In this document: positions 46,230 to 54,848 of the stretch, piece after piece | Layout: each line of letters begins with the position of its first letter | How positions within the stretch are numbered: position 1 is the first letter of the stretch | Assembly (NCBI GenBank): GCA_002898555.1 | Contig: BEHR01000007.1 | Location: 23,459 to 87,458 of the forward strand | Direction: 5' to 3' | From: a bacterium HR15 | Lineage (GTDB): Bacteria; Armatimonadota; Fimbriimonadia; Fimbriimonadales; GBS-DC | Length of the DNA stretch: 64,000 nt | Notes under the pieces: generated by a model | What the model was told of the DNA's origin: nothing | Database searches by the model: none | The model's input: the letters and a program-made list of their open reading frames with translations, nothing else | Made by a program: the position numbers and the translations under genes

Positions 46230-49200
46230 TCAGCGATGCTGGGGCGTTTTCAGTACCTGCTGGGTAAAGTAACGCAGCCAGCGCAAGAGGTCGTCTACCA
46301 GCGTATGCATAATGGGGATGTCCACTAAGGTCAAAATCGTGCCCATCAACAATCCGCCAATCACCGCGGTTGCCAGCGGCTGATAGGCGTCTGTGCCCAT
46401 TTTGGGAAAGAAGGCAACAGGGGCAAGCGCGGCAATCGTGACCATCACGGTCATTAAAATCGGGCGTAATCGGTCCACGCAGCCGTGCACCACCGCCTCG
46501 TCGCGCGGCATCCCCTGCGCTCGCAACACCAGAATCAGGTCGATCATTAAGATCGCCGCGGTGATGTCCATGCCCGTCAGCACAATAATGCCCAGCAGCG
46601 ACACCGTGCTGAATGCCTGCTTCATCAACCACAGAAAGATGAACACGCCCGACAACTCCAGCGGGAGGCTGAAAATCATCTGCAGAGGTTGTAGGAAACC
46701 ACCGAACTGCGCCACCAATACCAGGTACATCAGCAGCAGTGCGACCAGAAAGCCGACCATCATACGGCGGAACGAGTCCATCATCTGGGTCATATCGCCC
46801 CTCACTTCCATGCCGTACTCGCGTGGTGGCCAGTTGAGCTGCGCCATCGCCTTCATCATCACATCCATCGAGACATCCATTGAGGGGCGTGGTGGTCCCG
46901 GCAGCTCAAACAGGGCAGCATCCGCTTTGCCGTCGCCATCGGTGTCTATCCTTGGTGGTTTGTAGCTGCCCATTCGGTAGTAGCCCATCAGGCTCACCAC
47001 GCGGCGCAGCCCGTCGCGCTCGATGAGCGTAGGCGACAAGGCGTACTCTACCCGTGCGACCGCTTTTAGGGGGATGCTTTCACCGCGGCTGTTCACCAGC
47101 CACAACTGCTCCAAATCGCTGGGGTGCAGCCGTTGCGATTCCTCGTAGCGGATGAGGATGGTCGTCTGGCGGCGGTCGGCGTAATCGGGGAAGCGATAGA
47201 ACTGCTGCGTGTAGCCGCCTTTGAGCGCGTAGAACGCTTGCCGCGCAATCTCTTCGGGGGTTAAACCGAACTGTGCCGCTTTGGCGAGATCGATACGCAG
47301 CTTCCAGAGGGGGCGATTCATCGTCCACGAAGTGCCCGGCTGGAATAGATCAGGCACCTGCGCTTTGGCAATTTTGAGGCTCTCCTCGGCGAGTCGACTG
47401 GTCACTTCGAAGTCGGGTCCGTAGATAAGGATTTGAATGGGCGCGGCGGCAGTCGCCATCACATCCACACCCATCTCCTTAATCTGGAGCAGGCGGATGC
47501 CTGGGATGGTGGAGGTCGCCTCCGCCTGAATGGCGTCGATAATCTGCCAGATGTCGCGTTTGCGCTCATCTTTTGAGGTGAGCGAAATCATCGCGGTAGC
47601 GGTGTTCTCACGCATGGAGGCATATCCAGTGAAGTATGCGCCTTCATAGTAGCCCGGTCCACCTTCTGCACCCACCTCCCACGAGACATGGCGAATCTCC
47701 GGGTATTTCTCGATAATCTGTTGCAACTGGCGCACGGCGCGTTCAGTGGCAGCATAGGAAGTACCGGGCTGCATCTCCAGGCGCAGGTAGGCTTGCCCGA
47801 TATCGCCCAGCGGCATCATCTCGCTGCCGATAAAGTAGTAGAAGCCGAAACCGACCACCAGCGTCGCCAGGATGCGCATGAGGTTCGCGAAACGGTGGCG
47901 CAGCAGCCAGCGAATGAGCCGCGCGTAGCCATGCTCCAACCGGTCCAGCATGTGCTGGAATGGTAGAATCAGCCAGCGCTCCCATCGCGTAGGCTGTTCC
48001 GAGAGACCGCGTAGAAAGCGCGACGCCAGCGTTGCGGTCAGCGTCATCGAGACCAGGAACGAGGCGAGCAGCCCAAAAATCAGCGGCCAGACCAGTCCGA
48101 TGAACATCTGTTCCACAATCCCGCCTGCGAACAGCAGTGGCGTGAGCGCAATCACAATCATCAGCGTGCTGGCAGCTACAGAACGGCGCACCTCCGTAAT
48201 GCCGTCCACCGTTGCCTGTACGGGATCTTTGCCCATGCGCATATGGCGGCGCACTGCGTGCAGGTCAATAATCGCATCGTCCACCAATCGCCCGATGCCG
48301 AAGAGCAAGCCAATCAGCGTGCTGGAGTTCAAACTCATATTCATCGGCACGAGCGCCAGAACTGCCATCGCCATCGAAGTGGGGATAGCGGTGAGCGCGA
48401 TCAGTGTCATGCGCCACTCACCCAGAAAGAGCCACACCACCAGCCCTGCCAGAATCACCGCCAGAAAGAGTTCTTCCCACAAGTTGTGCAGCAGCACATC
48501 CACAAACTCGGCGTTGTTGTAGGCGATGTGGAATTCGAGCCCCGGATAGTCGCGCTTGATAGCCTCCAGCTCCTTCATCACTGCTTCGATGACGCGGGGC
48601 GAGCTTGCCCACGGGTTTTGTAAGATGTTCACGGCAATCGCCTCATCGGTTCGCCATCCGCCGTTTTGCTGCCACTGGTGGAAGTAGCCGCTGCGTTTCT
48701 CGTCGTAGGTATCGATCACGCGGGCAACATCGCGAATACGCACCACGCGATCCCCACTGGCTTTGAGCGGATAGCTTGCCACCTCATCGGCGTTGCGAGC
48801 GAGGGTGTCCATGCGCACAATCTCTTCGTGTTCGCCTGCGGTGAGGCGTCCGGCAGGCGCAGCAAGGTTGAAAGTGTCAATCGCTCGCTGCACATCCAGA
48901 ATGGACATCCCATAAGCAGTGAGTTTATTGCGGTCCACAATCACCTGGATTTGTCGGCGATAGCCGCCGAAGACCGAGACGGTGTAGATATCGCCGCTGG
49001 TGCGCTTGATGCGGTCGGCGATTTCGTTTTCCAGCACTTCGCGCATGCGAGCAGGTGTCCAGCGGTGGTCGCCCGTCACGGCAAGCGTCAACACGGGCAG
49101 GTTGAGTGGGTCGATCTGTAGCACCCACGAAGGCTGTGTGTTCGCGCCTTGCATCGGCAGGTCATCCTGCGCGGCGGTCAGCAGTGCCTGCACTTCGGTC

Positions 49201-49526
49201 AACTTTTTCTGTATGTTCGTGCCGTAGGGGAACTCCAGCACGACGATACTATAACCGTCCTGCGTGGTGCTACGGATATAGCGCACACCCGCGATGGCGG
49301 TCATACGCTGTTCGATGGGTTTGGTGTAGTAGGTCTCCATATCCTCCGCGCTCAAGCCGGGTGCGCGCGTCACGATGCCGATTTGGGGGCTTTCGATGTA
49401 GGGCATCATGCGGCGTGGCAGATAGGCGACCACCGCCCAGATTGCCAACACAATTACCGCGGTGTAGAACGCCAGCACCGCCGACGGATGCTTCACACTC
49501 CATTCTATCAGGTTGAAGGTTCTCAT
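46230..49526 (-). CDS. RND efflux pump inner-membrane subunit (CusA/CzcA heavy-metal efflux type)
   Basis: 1098 aa with AcrB/CzcA architecture (12 TM segments, two large periplasmic loops). AGGAGGTGA lies upstream. The heavy-metal assignment rests on the neighbouring HMA and HMBD-containing genes. Confidence 0.85.
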   Translation of the reverse strand: MRTFNLIEWSVKHPSAVLAFYTAVIVLAIWAVVAYLPRRMMPYIESPQIGIVTRAPGLSAEDMETYYTKPIEQRMTAIAGVRYIRSTTQDGYSIVVLEFPYGTNIQKKLTEVQALLTAAQDDLPMQGANTQPSWVLQIDPLNLPVLTLAVTGDHRWTPARMREVLENEIADRIKRTSGDIYTVSVFGGYRRQIQVIVDRNKLTAYGMSILDVQRAIDTFNLAAPAGRLTAGEHEEIVRMDTLARNADEVASYPLKASGDRVVRIRDVARVIDTYDEKRSGYFHQWQQNGGWRTDEAIAVNILQNPWASSPRVIEAVMKELEAIKRDYPGLEFHIAYNNAEFVDVLLHNLWEELFLAVILAGLVVWLFLGEWRMTLIALTAIPTSMAMAVLALVPMNMSLNSSTLIGLLFGIGRLVDDAIIDLHAVRRHMRMGKDPVQATVDGITEVRRSVAASTLMIVIALTPLLFAGGIVEQMFIGLVWPLIFGLLASFLVSMTLTATLASRFLRGLSEQPTRWERWLILPFQHMLDRLEHGYARLIRWLLRHRFANLMRILATLVVGFGFYYFIGSEMMPLGDIGQAYLRLEMQPGTSYAATERAVRQLQQIIEKYPEIRHVSWEVGAEGGPGYYEGAYFTGYASMRENTATAMISLTSKDERKRDIWQIIDAIQAEATSTIPGIRLLQIKEMGVDVMATAAAPIQILIYGPDFEVTSRLAEESLKIAKAQVPDLFQPGTSWTMNRPLWKLRIDLAKAAQFGLTPEEIARQAFYALKGGYTQQFYRFPDYADRRQTTILIRYEESQRLHPSDLEQLWLVNSRGESIPLKAVARVEYALSPTLIERDGLRRVVSLMGYYRMGSYKPPRIDTDGDGKADAALFELPGPPRPSMDVSMDVMMKAMAQLNWPPREYGMEVRGDMTQMMDSFRRMMVGFLVALLLMYLVLVAQFGGFLQPLQMIFSLPLELSGVFIFLWLMKQAFSTVSLLGIIVLTGMDITAAILMIDLILVLRAQGMPRDEAVVHGCVDRLRPILMTVMVTIAALAPVAFFPKMGTDAYQPLATAVIGGLLMGTILTLVDIPIMHTLVDDLLRWLRYFTQQVLKTPQHR

Positions 49527-49586
49527 GTCGGCTCACCTCCTGTCGAGGAGGCGACTTCAGTATGGTAAAATAGCGTCGGTGAAACT

Positions 49587-49703
49587 ATGCCTCGGCTAAT
49601 TATTGGGGTTGATGAGCGTGAATGGCACCAGCTTCGCGAGGAGGAAGTCGATGCGTATCTGCAGACGGAGCGCGACTCGTGGGAGAAGCGAGTTGAAGAA
49701 TAA
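49587..49703 (+). CDS. very small antitoxin-like ORF upstream of the PIN remnant
   Basis: My translation gives MPRLIIGVDEREWHQLREEEVDAYLQTERDSWEKRVEE (38 aa). It ends 5 nt before the PIN ATG, the classic toxin-antitoxin gene spacing. It is below the ORF-track cutoff. Confidence 0.3.
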   Translation: MPRLIIGVDEREWHQLREEEVDAYLQTERDSWEKRVEE

Positions 49704-49708
49704 AAGCC

Positions 49709-49987
49709 ATGCAGCGAATTTATTTGGACACAAATATCATCATCTATCTTGTTGAAAATACTCCGAATGCGCTTCAGGTGCGTGCCTACTTGCAAGCCCA
49801 AGGCGCACCCATCCTCTGCTCCAGCAATCTGGTATATCGTCTTGCTCAATGTCCGTGCCCTCCGTGTGAAGATTGGGATGGTTGGAACTGGGGCGGGTTG
49901 ATGTGGGCGGGTCCGCGTGCGGTCCACTCGGTGGGGAACACGGGGTCGCCCTCGGTCAGCGTGGCAAAGCCGAACACGATGACCTGA
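49709..49987 (+). pseudogene. truncated PIN-domain (VapC-like) toxin gene
   Basis: The N-terminus MQRIYLDTNIIIYLVENTP is a typical PIN first strand with the catalytic Asp. After about 45 residues the reading frame runs antisense into the adaptor gene, which ends at 49846, and loses all PIN features. Confidence 0.55.
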
Positions 49988-51567
49988 TCGCCCGGTACAA
50001 GCCCGCTGAGGATTTCGGTTCGCTCGCCGTTGGAAAGTCCAAGCTGCACTCGCCGCCTGCGCGCGACATAGTCCGCGGGCTGCTCCTTGGGCACCAGGTC
50101 CATCTTGCAAATGGGACACTTGCCAGGATGATCCTGCTCAATCTGAGGATGCATCGTGCAATAGTAGGTGGTGGGTGCACTGGTGTGGCGATGCGCCTTC
50201 TCCATCACCCACACATAGGGGCGTTGATGCTCGTCATATTGCACCGCGCGCTGTGGCACGGTGATAGCACGGGTTGCCTGTAGGCGCAGCCCGATGCGCA
50301 TCTCCGCATACTCGCCAACCATCAATCGTCCATCGGGGTTCGGCAGCACCGCCTCCACAATCATCGTACGGGTGTCTGGATCGGCTTCGCGGAAGACAGC
50401 GCTGACCCGTGCCCGATAGATGCGGTTCGGCTCGGCGTAGCGTTTGATCCAGACGGGGTAGCCTTCATGGATGCGGACAGCGTCCTGCTCGGCAACTTTC
50501 GCCTGCACGCGGATTTGGCTCGTGTTCTGCAGTTTGAACACGGGGGTGCCGGGCTGGACCAGCGTGCCGGGTTCGGTGAGGCGTTCGGTAATCGTGCCAG
50601 GATTCAGCGCGACGAGTCGGGTGTAATCCACCTGCAGTTGGGCGGCACGCTTTTTGCCTTGCTCGGCTTTAATCTGGGCTTCGGCACGCTGGCGTCGGGC
50701 ACGGACGGCTTGCAGCCGTGCGGCAGCTGCTTGCACCTCCTGCTCGATAGCACGCACTGCCGATTCGGCGCGTTGCACGCGGGCGCGCATTGCCTCACGG
50801 TTTGCTTTTAGCTGCTCGATGCGCGATAGCTGGGCACGTCGGGATGCCTGTGCCGATTGCAAGCTCTCACGCGCCTGTTTGAGGCGGGTCTCCGCTGCCT
50901 GAGCATCGCGTTTGGAGACGAAGCCCTTCTGCAGCAGCGCGTTCTGTCGATCCGACTCGGCTTGCCAGTATTCCACTTCCGCCTGGGCGGAGCGAATGGC
51001 GGTCTCGACCTGTTCCAGCTCGGTTTGCGCAGTTTGCAGTTCAGCTTCGGCAGCCTGCAGCATTTGGCGAGCTTCACTCACCTCCGCTTGCGCCTGCTGC
51101 AAACGCGCCTCTGCTGCCTGCAGAGCCGATTCCGCCTCGCGGGTCATCGACTGCGCCTCTTGTAGCTCCGCTTGCGCCGCCTGCAGGCTACCCTGTGCGC
51201 TCTGGGCAAGCGCCTGATACTCCTCTGGCTCGATCCGCGCGAGCAGTTGACCGGGACGCACACGGTCGCCCGGATAGACCCGCGCCTCCACCAGCTTGCC
51301 CGTGATTCGGGCGCGGATAATCTCCTCATTATAGGCGCGGAAAGTGGCGGGGTAGGCGACTGAGGGCAAGAAGGGGCGTGGCTGCACCTCTTCTATACCT
51401 ACGGGGAACGCGCCACGGGGTGGCTTCATCACGCTCATGTCCATCCCCTGCGCCTCCAACGGGGTCATCGCGCCCGGCGGGCGCTTCGTCTGCACCACCC
51501 ACCAGGTGCCCCAGGTCAGCACGATCAACAGAAGCAGGCTGGACATTATTGATATCCATTTACGCAT
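49846..51567 (-). CDS. RND efflux periplasmic adaptor (CusB-like) with long coiled coil and C-terminal heavy-metal-binding domain
   Basis: ORF 49846..51609. The ATG at 51567 follows a G-rich SD (MRKWISIMSSLLLL). It has an extended Ala/Gln/Glu coiled-coil hairpin. YYCTMHPQIEQDHPGKCPICKMDLVP is the HMBD signature. The C-terminal tail is His-rich. Confidence 0.85.
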   Translation of the reverse strand: MRKWISIMSSLLLLIVLTWGTWWVVQTKRPPGAMTPLEAQGMDMSVMKPPRGAFPVGIEEVQPRPFLPSVAYPATFRAYNEEIIRARITGKLVEARVYPGDRVRPGQLLARIEPEEYQALAQSAQGSLQAAQAELQEAQSMTREAESALQAAEARLQQAQAEVSEARQMLQAAEAELQTAQTELEQVETAIRSAQAEVEYWQAESDRQNALLQKGFVSKRDAQAAETRLKQARESLQSAQASRRAQLSRIEQLKANREAMRARVQRAESAVRAIEQEVQAAAARLQAVRARRQRAEAQIKAEQGKKRAAQLQVDYTRLVALNPGTITERLTEPGTLVQPGTPVFKLQNTSQIRVQAKVAEQDAVRIHEGYPVWIKRYAEPNRIYRARVSAVFREADPDTRTMIVEAVLPNPDGRLMVGEYAEMRIGLRLQATRAITVPQRAVQYDEHQRPYVWVMEKAHRHTSAPTTYYCTMHPQIEQDHPGKCPICKMDLVPKEQPADYVARRRRVQLGLSNGERTEILSGLVPGDQVIVFGFATLTEGDPVFPTEWTARGPAHINPPQFQPSQSSHGGHGH

Positions 51568-51644
51568 TGTTTCGCCCCCTGGAGAAGGGGACACGGGCAG
51601 GATGCCCATGTCCCTCCTTCGGTTATTAGGATGCGCTTTGCGGT

Positions 51645-52184
51645 TCAGTGATTGTGCCGATGTGTGTCGGAAGCCCTGACAGGGGCTAATGTTCCCCCTG
51701 CCTTCTTGACCGCCTGCTCGATCTGGGCGTAGCGCACGGAGGCATCGGGCTGGAACGCGATCAACAGCGTGTTGCGCTCCTGTCGCACTTTCGCAACGCC
51801 TTTCACTTTGCCCAGCGCTTGCGCAACCCTTTTCGCATCGCCCTTCGCCAGGGTGAGCATCAATTGGCCCTCGTACTTCATGTTCGAGCGCGGTCCCATC
51901 GCGTGCGGGATTTTGGGCAACGCAAGCACGATATGTGACGCAGGGATCTGTGCCTCGTCGTAGCGTACGATGGCAACAGCGGTCTTGAACTCCAGCTCCG
52001 CCGATTGCACGCCCTGCAGCTTACGCAGCCCTTGCACCACCGGGTCCACGCAGCCTTCGCAGTGCAAGCCACTGACCTTCAGGGCAATGGTGCGTACCTC
52101 CTGCTTCTGTTGAGCCGCTATCTGGCTCGCTCCAACGATCAGCACCAGCGCGCCGATCAATGTCCAGATGACCACTCGTGTCAT
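51645..52184 (-). CDS. membrane-anchored heavy-metal-associated (HMA) domain protein
   Basis: ORF 51645..52262. The ATG at 52184 follows AGGAGG (MTRVVIWTLIGALVLIV, a TM anchor). KVSGLHCEGCVDPVVQGLRKLQGV is the HMA CxxC motif. Confidence 0.8.
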   Translation of the reverse strand: MTRVVIWTLIGALVLIVGASQIAAQQKQEVRTIALKVSGLHCEGCVDPVVQGLRKLQGVQSAELEFKTAVAIVRYDEAQIPASHIVLALPKIPHAMGPRSNMKYEGQLMLTLAKGDAKRVAQALGKVKGVAKVRQERNTLLIAFQPDASVRYAQIEQAVKKAGGTLAPVRASDTHRHNH

Positions 52185-52253
52185 TGCTTTTTCCTCCTGT
52201 GTGATGGTTATCGTGCTCGTCAAACGAGCGCGGAAACTGGATAACGATGTTCG

Positions 52254-52276
52254 CATCACCACATTATGTGGTGATG
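52254..52276. promoter_or_regulatory. perfect 23-bp palindrome (11-1-11), candidate operator
   Basis: CATCACCACAT-T-ATGTGGTGATG starts 10 nt downstream of the reverse-strand -10 box at 52286..52291. It therefore covers the expected transcription start of the HMA-adaptor-RND genes. Confidence 0.55.
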
Positions 52277-52285
52277 ACAGGTGGG

Positions 52286-52291
52286 ATTATA
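52286..52291 (-). promoter_or_regulatory. -10 box TATAAT (gagTATATAATccc) upstream of the HMA gene
   Basis: Read on the reverse strand. It is located between the Cys-rich ORF stop (52295) and the palindrome. Confidence 0.45.
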
Positions 52292-52294
52292 TAC

Positions 52295-52681
52295 TCACAC
52301 AGGAGGGGCGCGGGGTGCCCTGGATAAGGGGAGAGGCGGGGGAATGGGGGGTGTTCTCTGAATTGGAAGCAAGCTGCGGGCAGGCAAAGCATACTCCTGT
52401 TCCAACGGCACAGGCAGCACCGCGACGAAGCTCGGTTCAGGCACAGTTAGCCCCGCCGTTATTAGAGCGGGGTTTGGTTGAGTTGCCTGACAGAGCTGGC
52501 AGTGGTTGCAGTTGGATCTGGCAGGGGGTGGCGTCTGTTTCGCGCAGCAGGCATGCGCCGCCACGGGTTGGTGGCAAGCACATGGGCGCGCCCACGCATA
52601 GCCCAGCGGGGCAAGCCCCAACCAGACCGCAATCAGCCAGAGGGCTGTCGGACGCAACCACTTCCACCGCAGCTCGCTCAT
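52295..52681 (-). CDS. small membrane protein with Cys/His-rich domain
   Basis: 128 aa with a TM helix (ALWLIAVWLGLAPLGYAWA). CACHQPVAAHACCAKQ...NCNHCQLC follows, and then a Pro-rich tail. It is the first gene of the metal-efflux cluster. Coding status is plausible but unproven. Confidence 0.5.
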   Translation of the reverse strand: MSELRWKWLRPTALWLIAVWLGLAPLGYAWARPCACHQPVAAHACCAKQTPPPARSNCNHCQLCQATQPNPALITAGLTVPEPSFVAVLPVPLEQEYALPARSLLPIQRTPPIPPPLPLSRAPRAPPV

Positions 52682-52688
52682 CTGTTGC

Positions 52689-52694
52689 AGTATA
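52689..52694 (-). promoter_or_regulatory. -10 box TATACT placed 7 nt upstream of the ATG at 52681 (leaderless arrangement)
   Basis: The reverse strand reads ttagggTATACTgcaacagATG. Confidence 0.4.
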
Positions 52695-52771
52695 CCCTAA
52701 TTCTCCGCTTTGGGTTCCCTTCCTGCAGGAGGGTGCGCCCCTCTGTCGAACAAACAGTCAGGAGGTGATGC

Positions 52772-53389
52772 GTGTTGAGAAGGATCGCAGGACGAGCACT
52801 GGGCATCGTTGTCGCGCTGGTGCTGGTTGCGGTGGCGGGCGTGCTGTTATGGTACTTCCTGATTTACACCAAATCGCCCGGCTACGCGCTGAATCAGTTC
52901 TTTGACGCCGCCAAAGCGAACGATGCGGAGCGTGTCGCTCGCTACACCGATACCTCAGGTCCATTGCTGATGCTCTTTCGGCAGTTTGGTGACCCGGTAC
53001 AAGTCATTTATCCGGGCTATGGGCGTCAGGACATGGGAAAGGTGGACAAAGTCGAGGTTGGCCCTATCACGGTCGAGGGTGAAACCGCCAAAGCTTCTGT
53101 GACGATGGAGGTGGTCTCGCCGCAGGGGAAGCGCTACACCATTCGTCCCACCTATGTCCTACGCAAGACTGATGAGGGCTGGAAGGTGGTCGTGGAGGCG
53201 ACCTTCGCTGGCTCCTTTAATGAGTTCGTGCCTCCAGCTGCGCAACAGATGATTCTGCAGCAGATTCGAAGGTTGCTTGCTAACCCTGGCGTGGCCCAGA
53301 TGGCACAGATGCAGCTGCAGGGGTTGCGGGCAGAAATAGACAAGTATCCGCAGTTGCGCGATTTCCTGAAGAGAGCCGGGCTATACTAA
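52772..53389 (+). CDS. hypothetical membrane-anchored protein (NTF2/DUF4878-like fold guess)
   Basis: 205 aa with a GTG start after CAGGAGG and an N-terminal TM. ALNQFFDAAKANDAERVARY...KTDEGWKVV is reminiscent of small NTF2-like lipoproteins. Confidence 0.35.
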   Translation: MLRRIAGRALGIVVALVLVAVAGVLLWYFLIYTKSPGYALNQFFDAAKANDAERVARYTDTSGPLLMLFRQFGDPVQVIYPGYGRQDMGKVDKVEVGPITVEGETAKASVTMEVVSPQGKRYTIRPTYVLRKTDEGWKVVVEATFAGSFNEFVPPAAQQMILQQIRRLLANPGVAQMAQMQLQGLRAEIDKYPQLRDFLKRAGLY

Positions 53390-54676
53390 ATGGCGACACG
53401 CGGGGAGCGGACGGGCGTCCGCTGGTACAGTGGGCTGACGCGCTATCACTGGCTGGTGCTGGCGGTCGCGGCAGCAGGCTGGATGTTCGACACGATGGAC
53501 CAGTGGCTCTATGTGCTGGCGCGCCAGCCCGCGGTGGCAGACCTGTTGAATAAGGGCACCACAGACCCGATGGTGGCTCGCTATTCGGGTATTGTGCAGA
53601 CTTGGTTCATTATCGGTTGGGCGACGGGGGGCTTTTTATTTGGCGTTATTGGCGATCGGTTGGGGCGCACGCGCACGATGGCGATTACCATTCTGATGTA
53701 CGCGGGTTTTACGGGGTTGAGCGCGTTGGCACAAAATTGGCAGCAGCTGGCGCTATTGCGTTTCTTGACGGGGCTGGGTATCGGGGGCGAATTTGCCGCG
53801 GGCGCGGCACTGGTGGCGGAGACTTTCCCTGCCCATGCGCGCCCCACCGCGCTGGGCATTATGCAGGCATGCTCCGCGATCGGCAATCTCATGGCGGCAA
53901 TGATTTATCGCGTAGTCGCCCCTGAGTTCGGCTGGCGCTGGGTGTTCGCGATCGGCTTTTTCCCCGCGCTGCTGGTGTTTATTATTCGGTTGTTCGTGCG
54001 CGAGCCGCAGCGCTGGGAGCAGGCGCGCGCGCTGGGACAGCACTTGGGGTCGTTGAGCGAGCTGTTTGGCGAGCCACTTTGGCGTCGGCACACCTTCATC
54101 GGGGTGGGGCTGGCAGCGGTGGGAGTGGTCGGCTTCTGGGGTATTGGCACATGGTCGCCCGATCTGCTCACCCGCGCGATTAACCCGACGGGTGATCCGG
54201 AGTTGCGTGCGTTGGTGGAGGAGCGCAAAGCCTATGCCGTGATGGTGCAGCAGGTCGGCGCGTTTTTTGGCATGCTGGGCTGGGCGATTTTGGCGCAGCA
54301 TATCGGCAGACGCCCCACTTTCGCGCTCACTTTTCTGTTGTGTCTGCTTATTGTGCCCACCACTTTTTTCCTGACCACTTCCTTCGAACGCGCGCTACTG
54401 CTCTATCCGCTACTGGGACTTTTCACCACCTCACTCTTTGCGGGCTATGCGGTTTATTTCCCGGAGCTGTTTCCGACGCGCCTACGAGCCACGGGGATAG
54501 GCTTCTGTTATAATGTCGCGCGTTATCTGGCAGCGGCTGCGCCCTACACTTTCGGCATGCTCACTGCTCGCTTTAGCATCGAATGGGCGGCGACACTCCT
54601 TTCGGGTGTATTCCTGTTGGGGTTGCTGATTTTGCTCGCCGCGCCGGAAACGAAAGACAATCCGCTGCCCGCTTAG
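53390..54676 (+). CDS. MFS transporter
   Basis: 428 aa with about 12 TM segments and the GDRLGRTRT loop motif between TM2 and TM3. TAAATG junction: the upstream TAA stop is immediately followed by this ATG. Confidence 0.8.
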   Translation: MATRGERTGVRWYSGLTRYHWLVLAVAAAGWMFDTMDQWLYVLARQPAVADLLNKGTTDPMVARYSGIVQTWFIIGWATGGFLFGVIGDRLGRTRTMAITILMYAGFTGLSALAQNWQQLALLRFLTGLGIGGEFAAGAALVAETFPAHARPTALGIMQACSAIGNLMAAMIYRVVAPEFGWRWVFAIGFFPALLVFIIRLFVREPQRWEQARALGQHLGSLSELFGEPLWRRHTFIGVGLAAVGVVGFWGIGTWSPDLLTRAINPTGDPELRALVEERKAYAVMVQQVGAFFGMLGWAILAQHIGRRPTFALTFLLCLLIVPTTFFLTTSFERALLLYPLLGLFTTSLFAGYAVYFPELFPTRLRATGIGFCYNVARYLAAAAPYTFGMLTARFSIEWAATLLSGVFLLGLLILLAAPETKDNPLPA

Positions 54677-54778
54677 GGGAAGCCTGCGTGCTGTGAAGCG
54701 GCTCGAAGATTCGCTCTTGGAAAGATTTTCAAACTCTCTCTCATCGGGTATACTCCTTGTGGGTCGCAGCAGGTGGGC

Positions 54779-54820
54779 AAAGAGTGGGATGTAGGTACAG
54801 CCCCACTCTTTTCTTTAAAA
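54779..54820 (+). terminator. intrinsic-terminator-like hairpin in the nusA upstream region
   Basis: A perfect 10-bp stem (AAAGAGTGGG / CCCACTCTTT) with a 13-nt loop, followed by a T-rich tail (TTTTCTTT). It lies downstream of a GGTATACT box (54747..54754) and 29 nt before the nusA ATG. Confidence 0.5.
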
Positions 54821-54848
54821 GCGTCGCTGCGCCCAAGGGGGTATATCG

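Noticed and set aside
52168-52905. 245-aa + strand ORF across the metal-cluster control region
   Set aside because: It runs antisense through the HMA gene start, the palindrome/promoter region and the whole Cys-rich ORF, and then into the next gene start. It has no motifs. The reverse-strand genes have SDs or promoters in the right places.
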